A stretch of 35,083 bases of DNA from an uncultured archaeon (GTDB taxonomy: Archaea > Altiarchaeota > Altiarchaeia > IMC4 > SCGC-AAA252-I15), in the NCBI GenBank assembly GCA_964587725.1, contig CAZPLO010000007.1, positions 1-35,083 of the forward strand, in the 5' to 3' direction. The notes under the pieces were generated by a model. That model did not search any database. It saw only the letters and a list, made by a program, of their open reading frames with translations, and was not told the origin of the DNA. Shown in pieces: positions 26,041 through 34,144 of the stretch. The translations under genes were made by a program, and so were the position numbers. Each line of letters opens with the position of its first letter. The first letter of the stretch is position 1.

Positions 26041-27429
26041 TCACTCCCGCACCCCCAGGGCTTTGAGTAATGCTCTTCCCTTGTTCATGGTTTCATCATA
26101 CTCTTTCTCCGGCACGGAGTCCGCGACTATGCCGGCGCCCGCCTGCACGTACGCCTTGTCTTTTTCGAACGCTATGGTGCGGATGGCTATGGCGGTGTCC
26201 ATGCTCCGGTTGAAGCTGAAGTAGCCTACGCAGCCGGCGTACACGCCGCGACGGTCCGGCTCCAGTTCGTTGATTATCTCCATCGCCCGCACCTTCGGGG
26301 CGCCGGAAACCGTGCCGGCGGGGAATATGCTCTCCAACGCGTCAAACTCCGTCCTGCCAGCTGCGAGTCTGCCCGTTACTTCGGAGCTCAAGTGCATGAC
26401 GTGCGAGTACTTTTCGACGGCCATGAACTTCGTAACATCCACTGAACCATACTCAGCCACCCTGCCGACGTCGTTCCGGCCCAAGTCCACGAGCATGACG
26501 TGCTCCGCCCGCTCCTTCGGGTCCGACAGCATGTCCTCAGCCAGACGTTCGTCTTCGGCGTCGTCTTTTCCGCGCCTTCTCGTCCCCGCTATCGGATAGG
26601 TCGACACAACACCGCCTTCAACCCTGGCGAGCGTCTCCGGGCTGCTCCCCACTATCTTACGGTCGCCGAAATCGAGGTAATACATGTATGGACTGGGGTT
26701 GATGTCCTTCAGGCGGAGGTAGGCGCCGAATTTGTCGCCGCCGTATTCCGTGGCAAGCCGCTGCGACAGCACGGTCTGGAAGGTGTCGCCCGCGCGGATG
26801 TACCCCTTTATTGCGCGCACTCCATCCTCGTATTCGTGTTCGGTGGTGTTGCTTTCGAACCCGTCTGCGACGGCGCCGTCGTCGAACCCAGTCTCCTCCA
26901 ACCCCGCGGCTATCTCCTCGAGCCTCCGCAGCGATTCCTCCACGTCCACGTCGTGGCCGTTGAGGAAGTGGTTCTCCACCAGGTAGGTTTCGCCTTTCAC
27001 GTGGTCGAATATGATGTTGTTCCGGGTGAGGCAGAATTCCGCGTCCGGCTGCCGCAGCGCGTCCACCCCGTTTTCGAGGTCGACGTAGTATCTGACTGCG
27101 TCATAGCTGAGGTAGCCTACGAACCCTCCGCTGAACCGCGCCAGCGACGGGCCCCGCTGCGGATACTGCTCCACAAGACCCCGTATCACGGTGAGGGGGT
27201 CGCGTCCTTCCGGTTCGGCCTTGAACTCGCGGTCGAATACGGTGAAGTCCACGACGCCGTCTTTCACCTTGACTTTGGCGGCGGGGTTGAATCCTATGAA
27301 ACTGTACCTGGCTTTTTTCTCGCTGCCTTCTATGCTCTCCAGCAGGTACGTGTTCTCACCCCTAAGGCTCAGGTAGGCGTGCTCCGGGTCCCGTGCGGGA
27401 ATCTTAACGTAGGTTTGATTAACCTCCAT
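26041..27429 (-). CDS. trpE: Anthranilate synthase component I
   Basis: YLLES...ARYSFIG, GGFVGYLSYD, NPSPYMYY, GSSPE, PIAGTRRRG, AEHVMLVDLGRND, GTVSGAPK, QAGAGIVADS. Confidence 0.97.
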   Translation of the reverse strand: MEVNQTYVKIPARDPEHAYLSLRGENTYLLESIEGSEKKARYSFIGFNPAAKVKVKDGVVDFTVFDREFKAEPEGRDPLTVIRGLVEQYPQRGPSLARFSGGFVGYLSYDAVRYYVDLENGVDALRQPDAEFCLTRNNIIFDHVKGETYLVENHFLNGHDVDVEESLRRLEEIAAGLEETGFDDGAVADGFESNTTEHEYEDGVRAIKGYIRAGDTFQTVLSQRLATEYGGDKFGAYLRLKDINPSPYMYYLDFGDRKIVGSSPETLARVEGGVVSTYPIAGTRRRGKDDAEDERLAEDMLSDPKERAEHVMLVDLGRNDVGRVAEYGSVDVTKFMAVEKYSHVMHLSSEVTGRLAAGRTEFDALESIFPAGTVSGAPKVRAMEIINELEPDRRGVYAGCVGYFSFNRSMDTAIAIRTIAFEKDKAYVQAGAGIVADSVPEKEYDETMNKGRALLKALGVRE

Positions 27430-27484
27430 GAACAACAAATAGGTAAAATGAATATAAAAATGTAAAAATGAACAACAATATACA
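27428..27484. promoter_or_regulatory. trp operon promoter region with phased ATGAA(C/T)A repeats
   Basis: ATGAACAACAA at 27428 and 27468 and ATGAATA at 27448 (20-bp period); minus-strand TTTTTATA at ~27453-27460. Confidence 0.5.
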
Positions 27485-27564
27485 TATTATGTGGAAGATG
27501 ATAAAATTCTATCTTTCACTCAAAAAGTGCATGAAAGCTTTAAATTATTCAACCCAATATTTTA

Positions 27565-27584
27565 GCCCATATGGGCATTTATAT
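27565..27584 (+). promoter_or_regulatory. Perfect palindrome GCCCATATGGGC abutting TATA box TTTATAT; candidate DUF134-regulator site
   Basis: 12-bp palindrome at 27565-27576 in AT-rich intergenic DNA; TATA at 27578-27584, ~24 nt before ATG 27608. Confidence 0.6.
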
Positions 27585-27607
27585 TCTCTGATTCCGAAGG
27601 AACATAC

Positions 27608-27919
27608 ATGGTAGGTCGCGGACGGCCGAAGTGCATACGGGTGGTGGGCGGCATGCCGGGAGCGGACTACTTCAAACCCCGCGGCATACCGCTGATAGAG
27701 TTGGAATCCAATACCCTCACCGTCGAGGAGGTGGAGGCCATCCGCCTCACAGACTACGAGGGCATGAGCCAGGAGGACGCCGCAGCCGAGATGAAGGTTT
27801 CACGCCGCACCTTAGCCCGCGACCTCGGCTCCGCCCGCAAAAAAATAGCGGAGGCGTTCATAAACGGGAAGGCAATCGAAGTACGCGGCGGATGCTTCAA
27901 GATAAAAGATGAAGGCTGA
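27608..27919 (+). CDS. DUF134 (UPF0251) predicted DNA-binding protein
   Basis: GRPK..R.V...P..YFKPRGIP...LTVEEVEAIRL.DYEGMSQEDAA.EMKVSR.T......ARKKIAEA...GKAI. Confidence 0.93.
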   Translation: MVGRGRPKCIRVVGGMPGADYFKPRGIPLIELESNTLTVEEVEAIRLTDYEGMSQEDAAAEMKVSRRTLARDLGSARKKIAEAFINGKAIEVRGGCFKIKDEG

Positions 27920-28724
27920 ACAGAAGACAGGGCTGGAGGAGATGATGGAGCGGCTGCGCGAGAACATGACAGACGTAAAACACACCATGGCGGTGATATC
28001 CGGCAAGGGAGGGGTGGGCAAGTCAACGATAGCGGTGAACCTCGCATACACGCTCTCCGCAGACAAGAAGGTGGGGCTGCTGGACGCGGACATAACAGGA
28101 CCCAACGTGCAGCAGATGACGGGAACCGCAGACATGAAGGCCGGAGCCTCCGACAGCGGCATAAACCCTGTGGACGCGGGAGGCGTGAAGACCATGTCCG
28201 TGTCATACCTCATGGACGACGCAGACACACCAATCATCTGGAGGGGCCCCCTGAGGGGGAACGTGATAATGCAGTTCCTCTCCGACGTGCGGTGGGGTGA
28301 ACTGGACTACCTGATAGTGGACCTGCCTCCGGGAACAGGCGACGAATCCCTGACGGTTGCTCAGACGCTCCCAGGCATCGACGGATTCATAGTGGTGACG
28401 ACGCCGCAGGAGGTGTCGGTGATGGATGCGAGAAAGGCAGTCAACTTCGGCAGACGACTGAACGTGCCGGTACTGGGGGTGATAGAGAACATGGCCGGCA
28501 TGCGGTGCCCCCACTGCGGAAAAGACATAACGTTGTTCGGCGTCGGCGGAGGAGAGAAGGCTGCCGCGGAACTGAAGGTGCCGTTCCTGGGCGGGATACC
28601 GTTCACATACGGTATGACGGAGTCCTGCGACGCGGGAAGGCCGTATGTGCGAGAACACATGGGGGAAGAGACGACATCAGCGTTCAACAGCATAGTAGAT
28701 AACATTAAGGCTAACATGAGGTGA
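27909..28724 (+). CDS. Mrp/NBP35/ApbC Fe-S cluster carrier ATPase
   Basis: SGKGGVGKST, DADITGP, IIWRGP, WGELDYLIVDLPPGTGD, VTTPQ, ENMAGMRCPHC. Confidence 0.96.
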   Translation: MKAEQKTGLEEMMERLRENMTDVKHTMAVISGKGGVGKSTIAVNLAYTLSADKKVGLLDADITGPNVQQMTGTADMKAGASDSGINPVDAGGVKTMSVSYLMDDADTPIIWRGPLRGNVIMQFLSDVRWGELDYLIVDLPPGTGDESLTVAQTLPGIDGFIVVTTPQEVSVMDARKAVNFGRRLNVPVLGVIENMAGMRCPHCGKDITLFGVGGGEKAAAELKVPFLGGIPFTYGMTESCDAGRPYVREHMGEETTSAFNSIVDNIKANMR

Positions 28725-28730
28725 TTGAAG

Positions 28731-29033
28731 ATGCCAGGATACGACGGAACAGGACCACAGGGCAGGGGACCAGTGACAGGTAGAGGGCTTGGATTCTGCG
28801 CCACCGGACAGCCCAGACGATTCTACGGGATCGGATTCGGACGGGGCGGAGGATTCGGCCGCGGGAGAGGCAGAGGCTGGAGGCACATGTACTACGCCAC
28901 AGGACTCCCCGGGTGGACCGGGCATGACACGCCAACGAAGGAGGAGGAAGCGGAGTATCTGAAACAGGAAGCCGATTCACTGGAGCAGGAGTTGAAGGCC
29001 GTTCGGCAGCGGATAAGCGAATTGGGTGACTGA
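28731..29033 (+). CDS. DUF5320-like Gly/Arg-rich protein with C-terminal coiled coil
   Basis: MPGYDGTGPQGRGPVTGRGLGFC...GRGRGRGWRHMYYATGLPGW...EYLKQEADSLEQEL. Confidence 0.85.
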   Translation: MPGYDGTGPQGRGPVTGRGLGFCATGQPRRFYGIGFGRGGGFGRGRGRGWRHMYYATGLPGWTGHDTPTKEEEAEYLKQEADSLEQELKAVRQRISELGD

Positions 29034-29034
29034 G

Positions 29035-29223
29035 ATGCCGGGCGGAGACGGAACAGGCCCCCGCATGGGGCCCGGCCGCGGAGGACGCGGCATGGGAGAC
29101 AGAGGCCGCAGCCCCACAGCATGCAGATGCCCCAGATGCGGGCACATGCAACCCCACAGTCGGGGAACCCCATGCAACAGAGTTAGGTGCCCGAAGTGCG
29201 GGTCGCCGATGGCCAGGGGATGA
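29035..29223 (+). CDS. Small GR-rich zinc-ribbon protein
   Basis: MPGGDGTGP...CRCPRCG....H.RGTPCNRVRCPKCGSPM. Confidence 0.8.
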   Translation: MPGGDGTGPRMGPGRGGRGMGDRGRSPTACRCPRCGHMQPHSRGTPCNRVRCPKCGSPMARG

Positions 29224-29498
29224 TGGAATACGACAGCATAGAGGAGGCGAGGAAGAGGCTGGGGCTGGGTAAGACAGCCACATTGGATGAGGTGAAGGAA
29301 GCCTACCGGCGGGTGGCGCGGGAAGCCCACCCCGACCGGGGCGGAGACGCCAAGGCGATGGCTGAGATAAATAGGGCATACGACACAGTAATACAGTACA
29401 TCAGCGGGTACAGGTACTCCTTCCGCAGCGAAGACGTCATGGAGCAGAACCCAGACGAAAAGATGTGGGAGGCATACAGGAAGAATCCGCGGTGCTGA
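29220..29498 (+). CDS. Stand-alone J-domain (DnaJ-like) protein
   Basis: LGL...ATLDEVKEAYRRVAREAHPDRGG...MAEINRAY; ATGA coupling to the upstream gene. Confidence 0.9.
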   Translation: MMEYDSIEEARKRLGLGKTATLDEVKEAYRRVAREAHPDRGGDAKAMAEINRAYDTVIQYISGYRYSFRSEDVMEQNPDEKMWEAYRKNPRC

Positions 29499-29512
29499 AG
29501 GAGGACGTGAAA

Positions 29513-29767
29513 ATGACCGGAGAACACGAGGGAAGGAAGAACCTTACGGACGAGACATTGGATTTGGAGCGGGGCAGACAGAGCCTCATAGAGGAACTGG
29601 AAGCCATAAACTGGTACCAAGAAAGGGTTGAGGTCTGCAAGGACCCTGAATTGAAGAGGATACTGGAGCACAACCGCGACGAAGAGAAGGAACATGCGGC
29701 GATGCTGATAGAGTGGCTTCGCAGCAGGGACGAGACGCAGGACAGGATGTTCGAGGAGCACGACTGA
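29513..29767 (+). CDS. Encapsulated-ferritin-like (EncFtn/Flp) half-ferritin
   Basis: SLIEELEAINWYQERV...ILEHNRDEEKEHAAMLIEWLR. Confidence 0.88.
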   Translation: MTGEHEGRKNLTDETLDLERGRQSLIEELEAINWYQERVEVCKDPELKRILEHNRDEEKEHAAMLIEWLRSRDETQDRMFEEHD

Positions 29768-29769
29768 AG

Positions 29770-30219
29770 ATGAGAGTTGCGGTGGCGACGAACAAGGGAG
29801 GGCTCGGAGACAGTGTGTCGCCGGTGTTCGGCAGGTGCCCCACCTACACGGTCGTCGAGGCAGATGATGCTGTGAAGGGCGCTGATACCGTCGGCAACCC
29901 GGGGCATACTGCGGCCGGCGGCGCGGGCATACAGGCGGCGCAGTATGTCACGGAACTGGGCGTGAATGCGGCGTTGGCGGGGAACTTCGGACCGAACGCC
30001 GCCGCAGTGCTCGAGCGCAGCGGGGTTGAAATGGTCCGGGCAGAAGGCAACGTTAAAGACGCCGTGGAAGCCTACTTGCGCGGGGAACTGAAGCCCCTGG
30101 AGGAGCCAAACGTGAGAGGCCATTTCGGCATGGGCCGCGGAGGAAGGGGCGGCGGAGGCCGCGGAGGAAGGGGCGGCGGAGGCCGCGGAAGAGGCGGCGG
30201 CAGAGGGGGACGGTTGTAG
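29770..30219 (+). CDS. NifB/NifX-family dinitrogenase FeMo-cofactor-binding domain protein with RGG tail
   Basis: MRVAVAT...VSPVFGRCP...GGAGIQAAQ...GNFGPNA; HFGMGRGGRGGGG tail. Confidence 0.9.
   Translation: MRVAVATNKGGLGDSVSPVFGRCPTYTVVEADDAVKGADTVGNPGHTAAGGAGIQAAQYVTELGVNAALAGNFGPNAAAVLERSGVEMVRAEGNVKDAVEAYLRGELKPLEEPNVRGHFGMGRGGRGGGGRGGRGGGGRGRGGGRGGRL
30133..30189 (+). repeat. 24-bp tandem repeat (2.4 copies) encoding GRGGRGGG
   Basis: ggccgcggaggaaggggcggcgga x2 followed by ggccgcgga. Confidence 0.9.
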
Positions 30220-30220
30220 A

Positions 30221-30559
30221 ATGGATGACATGAACGACATATTAAAGGAAGTGGAGGGGTCGCTGAAGCAGTTGGGCAAGGAGTATCCGGAGCAGATGAA
30301 TGCGTTCGCCAGCTTCATGCACTCCGCCGAAAAGGAGGGTGTTTTGCCGCATAAGACGAAGGAGCTGATAAGCATCGCGCTGTCGGTTGCGACGCAGTGC
30401 AAGTGGTGCGTAGCATACCATGTGAAGCATGCGCTGGAGGCCGGAGCAACAGAGGACGAGATTATGGAAACCTGCTTTGTGGCGGCGTTGATGGGCGGTG
30501 GTCCGTCGCTGATGTACACGCAACTGGTGGTGAAGGCCTTGGAGGACTTCAGAGAATGA
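30221..30559 (+). CDS. Carboxymuconolactone decarboxylase / AhpD-like protein
   Basis: GVLPHKTKELISIALSVATQCKWCVAYHVKHALEAGAT.DEI.E...A..MGGGP. Confidence 0.92.
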   Translation: MDDMNDILKEVEGSLKQLGKEYPEQMNAFASFMHSAEKEGVLPHKTKELISIALSVATQCKWCVAYHVKHALEAGATEDEIMETCFVAALMGGGPSLMYTQLVVKALEDFRE

Positions 30560-30951
30560 GGGTTGCTGTGCCCACGCAGGGAGGAGGGGGCCTGGAAGAC
30601 ACAGTGGGGGAGCACTTCGGCCGCACACCCACTTACACCCTCGTGGACCCTGATTCGATGGAGGCTGAGGTGATAGAGAACATCAGCCACCACATGGGCG
30701 GAGCAGGTTATCCGCCGGAGCTGCTGGAGAAACACGGCGTCAACGTGCTGCTGTGCAGGGGCCTGGGCAGGCGGGCGATTCAGATGTTCAGCGAGAAAGG
30801 CATAGGCGTCTACTGCGAAGCCTCCGGAACCGTGGAGGACGCGCTCCGGCAGTGGAGGAACAACGAGCTCGTGAAGGCCACGGAAGACACCGCCTGCAGC
30901 CGGCACGAGTTCCGCGGCAGAGACCATGGGACTGAGAAGTGCGGGCATTGA
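30556..30951 (+). CDS. Second NifB/NifX-family protein
   Basis: MRVAVPT...VGEHFGRTP.Y...HHMGG...LLCRGLGRRA...GTVEDAL; C-terminal Cys/His tail. Confidence 0.9.
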   Translation: MRVAVPTQGGGGLEDTVGEHFGRTPTYTLVDPDSMEAEVIENISHHMGGAGYPPELLEKHGVNVLLCRGLGRRAIQMFSEKGIGVYCEASGTVEDALRQWRNNELVKATEDTACSRHEFRGRDHGTEKCGH

Positions 30952-30970
30952 ATTTTTCACTGTCACGGTA

Positions 30971-31585
30971 ATGGCTCATACTGAAGCTGGAGACTACAGA
31001 GGCTACTATGACACGCCTTTGGGGAGGCGTGTGCTGAAGGCGGAGGCAGACTACATTAGGCCCTGGCTTCGGGACTGCGACATGGTACTGGACGTGGGCT
31101 GCGGTCCGGGGGCGTTCGAGGAGGAGCTGGCAGACCTCAACATAGTGGGTGTGGACGTTGAAGTGGGCATGGTTAAGGCTGCGGGTGAGACGGGGATGTT
31201 CACGGCGGCTGACGCGAAGAACCTGCCGTTCCGCGACGCATGCTTCGATGGAGTGTTTTCGGTTTCCACCATGGCTTTCACAGACGACTACCGGGCGGCC
31301 GCAGAGGAAATCGACAGGGTGCTTTCTCCCGGCGGGCGGACGGTGTTCCTGCTCTGCAACACCAACTCAGAATATTTCAGGAAGAAGCTGCACGGGGGAG
31401 GCTACACCACAAAACACATAAGACACGTGGACGTCAGACCCATAGCGGATTTTCTGCGTGAGAGATTCGACCTGCAGGGACAGTATCTGTTGGGCATCGA
31501 AGGGGACAACGTGTTCAAGACGTCTGACCCTGAGCGGGCGTGCATGTACGCTTTGAGGGGTTACTCCAGGGGGGAGGGGGGATGA
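30971..31585 (+). CDS. Class I SAM-dependent methyltransferase
   Basis: VLDVGCGPG, GVD, ADAKNLPFRDACFD, RVLSPGG. Confidence 0.9.
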   Translation: MAHTEAGDYRGYYDTPLGRRVLKAEADYIRPWLRDCDMVLDVGCGPGAFEEELADLNIVGVDVEVGMVKAAGETGMFTAADAKNLPFRDACFDGVFSVSTMAFTDDYRAAAEEIDRVLSPGGRTVFLLCNTNSEYFRKKLHGGGYTTKHIRHVDVRPIADFLRERFDLQGQYLLGIEGDNVFKTSDPERACMYALRGYSRGEGG

Positions 31586-32424
31586 GAGTCAACCTGGACT
31601 GCATACCCTGCCTCATGAGGCAGGCCTTGGAGGCGGCTCGGATGTCGTCCGACGACCCCGGCGTCCACGAGCGGGTTTTGAGGGCGGTGGCGGAGTTGAT
31701 GCACGAGACACCATACCGGAGGACGCCGCCTGAGATGGCGCATGAGATACACGCGCTGGTTCGGGAGATTTCAGGCAACCCGGACCCGTACCTGAAGCTC
31801 AAGGAGAGGGACAACCGTCTGGCCATGGAGATGTACGGTTGGATGAAGGACACCGTCGCCGACTCCGACGACCCCCTGCACACCGCGTTGAAGCTGGCGG
31901 TCGCAGGCAACATAATAGACTACGGCGTCGGCGGAGTGTTCGATTTGGAGGGGACGGTGGAGGACGTGTTGGCCAGGGACTTTGCGGTGGACCGGTGCGC
32001 GGCCTTCGCCCGCGACCTGGAGTCCGCCGAAAACATGCTGTATCTCGCGGACAACGCGGGCGAGATTGTGTTCGACCGGGTGCTGATTGAGGAGTTGGAC
32101 GGCGCCGACGTGACAGTGGTGGTCAAGGGCGGGCCCATACTCAACGACGCCACCGAAGACGATTTGAAGGCTGCGGGGATACGCGGAGTAACGGTGGACT
32201 ACATGGGCAACGGCAGCCCCGGGTCGGGGCCGGACAGGAACGACCCCGGGTTCATAGAGAAGCTGAAGGCCGCTGACCTGGTGTTGAGCAAGGGCCAGGG
32301 CAACTACGAGGCGTTGAACGGAGAGGGATACATTTACTTTCTGCTGATGGCCAAGTGCGGGCTGGTGGCCCGCGACCTAAGCGTGTCGAAGGGGGACATA
32401 GTGTTCTGCGGGGGTGCGCGGTGA
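31582..32424 (+). CDS. DUF89 / ARMT1-like damage-control metal-dependent phosphatase
   Basis: DCIPC, DPY..K..N, AGNIIDYG, YLADNAGEIVFD, PILNDAT, SKGQGNYE. Confidence 0.92.
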   Translation: MRVNLDCIPCLMRQALEAARMSSDDPGVHERVLRAVAELMHETPYRRTPPEMAHEIHALVREISGNPDPYLKLKERDNRLAMEMYGWMKDTVADSDDPLHTALKLAVAGNIIDYGVGGVFDLEGTVEDVLARDFAVDRCAAFARDLESAENMLYLADNAGEIVFDRVLIEELDGADVTVVVKGGPILNDATEDDLKAAGIRGVTVDYMGNGSPGSGPDRNDPGFIEKLKAADLVLSKGQGNYEALNGEGYIYFLLMAKCGLVARDLSVSKGDIVFCGGAR

Positions 32425-33329
32425 AGCACGTGTTCGGTCCGGTGCCGTCCAGGCGCCTGGGCAGCTCCCTGGGGGTGGATTTGGTGCCGCATAAAGTGTG
32501 CTCGTTCGACTGCATCTACTGCCAGCTAGGGGGTACCACGGATAAGACGCTGGAGAGGAGACACTACGCGCCGGTCGAAGACATCGTGGGGGAGGTGGGG
32601 GATTTCCTGGACCGCGGCGGCTGCGACTACGTGACCATGTCGGGTTCGGGGGAGCCGACGCTCAACGCCGACATGGGAGCAGTCATAGACGGGGTGAAGT
32701 CGCTGACGGACACGCCGGTGGCGGTCCTGACCAACTCGTCCCTCATAAACGATTCCGGTGTGAGGGCGGAGCTGGCCGCCGCGGACGTTGTGGTCCCGTC
32801 CTTGGACGCGGCCACACAGGAGGTGTTCGAACGGGTGAACCGGCCCGTGGATGGCCTGCTGGTGGAGGACATAATAGACGGGCTCGCGTCATTCAACGGC
32901 GCGGAGGTGTGGCTGGAGGTTATGCTGGTGGACGGAGTCAACGACACACCCGATGAACTGGAGGCCCTATCATCCGCAGTGGACGGGATAGAACCAGATA
33001 AGGTGCAGTTGAACACGGTTGTGAGACCGCCGGCGGAAGATTATGCGGGGGCGATTAGGAGGGACAGGATGGACGAAATCGCGGGTTTCCTCGGGGCGGA
33101 GGTGGTGGCTGACTTCAGCCGCGCCGCAGCGGAGTCCTACAGCGGCGACGTGGAGGAGGGGATACTCGAACTCCTTATGAGGCGGCCTTGCACTGTGGAT
33201 GACCTGTCTTCCGCGCTCGGCGTGCACGAGAACGAGATACTGAAGTACGTGGGCGAGCTCCGGGACGACGGCAGGGCTGTTGAGGAACGTCGGGGTGGAA
33301 GAAGATACTTCAAGGGTGTTGTGGAATGA
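32421..33329 (+). CDS. Radical SAM protein with C-terminal HTH-like extension
   Basis: FGPVPSRRLGSSLGVDL..K.CSFDCIYCQLG, SGSGEPTL, LTNSSL, SLDA; GTG start overlapping the upstream stop. Confidence 0.92.
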   Translation: MKHVFGPVPSRRLGSSLGVDLVPHKVCSFDCIYCQLGGTTDKTLERRHYAPVEDIVGEVGDFLDRGGCDYVTMSGSGEPTLNADMGAVIDGVKSLTDTPVAVLTNSSLINDSGVRAELAAADVVVPSLDAATQEVFERVNRPVDGLLVEDIIDGLASFNGAEVWLEVMLVDGVNDTPDELEALSSAVDGIEPDKVQLNTVVRPPAEDYAGAIRRDRMDEIAGFLGAEVVADFSRAAAESYSGDVEEGILELLMRRPCTVDDLSSALGVHENEILKYVGELRDDGRAVEERRGGRRYFKGVVE

Positions 33330-34144
33330 TTCTGTCTGTTGCGAGCGGCAAGGGGGGGACGGGGAAGACCACGGTGGCGGTGAACATGGCGCTGTCCCTG
33401 GACGACGTGCAGCTGCTGGACTGCGACGTGGAGGAGCCGAACTGCCACGTCTTCCTCAACGCGGAGACATCCGAGGATGATGTGAAGGCCGTGATGCCCG
33501 TGGTCGACAGGAGTAAATGTGATTTCTGTGGCAGGTGCGCAGACTTCTGCAGATACAATGCGTTGGCGGTTGCCGGCGAGAACGTGATGGTGTTCAAGGA
33601 ACTCTGCCACGGATGCGGAGGCTGCGTGCTGGCGTGCCCCCGGGACGCGATAAGCGAGGGTGAGAGGGCGGTCGGCGTGGTCCGGTGCGGGAAGGCGGAC
33701 GGCATGGACTTCGCCTACGGGCTGTTGAACGTGGGAGAGGCCATAGCAACTTCCGTCATCCACGCAGTGAAAAACAAGGCGGGGGAAGGCGACGTCATAG
33801 TGGATGCGCCGCCCGGTACTTCGTGCGCTGCCGTGGCTGCGGTGGAGGGCTCCGACTACTGCGTTTTGGTTGCGGAGCCGACGCCGTTCGGGTTGAACGA
33901 CCTCGAACTGGCTGCGGAGATGCTGGATTCAATGAAGATACCGTATGGGGTGGTGGTCAACAAAGACAGGACCGGATACGACGGCGTAGACCGCTTCTGC
34001 GGAGAGAAACACATTCCCGTACTGATGAGGATACCCGACGACCGGCGGATAGCCGAACTGTACAGCGACGGCATACCGTTTGTGGGGGAGATGCGGGAGT
34101 ACCGGGAAAAATTCGGGAAACTGTTCCAGGAGGTTAAGAAGTGA
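33326..34144 (+). CDS. MinD-superfamily P-loop ATPase with inserted 2x[4Fe-4S] ferredoxin domain
   Basis: ASGKGGTGKTT, DCDVEEPN, CDFCGRCADFC, CHGCGGCVLACP, DAPPGTSC, EPTPFGLNDL. Confidence 0.93.
   Translation: MILSVASGKGGTGKTTVAVNMALSLDDVQLLDCDVEEPNCHVFLNAETSEDDVKAVMPVVDRSKCDFCGRCADFCRYNALAVAGENVMVFKELCHGCGGCVLACPRDAISEGERAVGVVRCGKADGMDFAYGLLNVGEAIATSVIHAVKNKAGEGDVIVDAPPGTSCAAVAAVEGSDYCVLVAEPTPFGLNDLELAAEMLDSMKIPYGVVVNKDRTGYDGVDRFCGEKHIPVLMRIPDDRRIAELYSDGIPFVGEMREYREKFGKLFQEVKK

Noticed and set aside
25955-26055. Group II intron (GTGCG 5' motif and a GAGCCGTGC domain-V-like string on the minus strand)
   Set aside because: Far too short, no complete domain V/VI pairing and no intron-encoded protein
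25910-26089. DGR template/variable repeat pair at the trpE end
   Set aside because: Several differences are not at adenines (CTC/TTG, GCC/GCG, TTA/CTG), all are synonymous over 13 codons, and there is no reverse transcriptase in the window
29770-30951. Nitrogen fixation genes
   Set aside because: NifB/NifX-like domains and MinD-like ATPases are common in non-diazotrophs, and there is no nifH/D/K in the window
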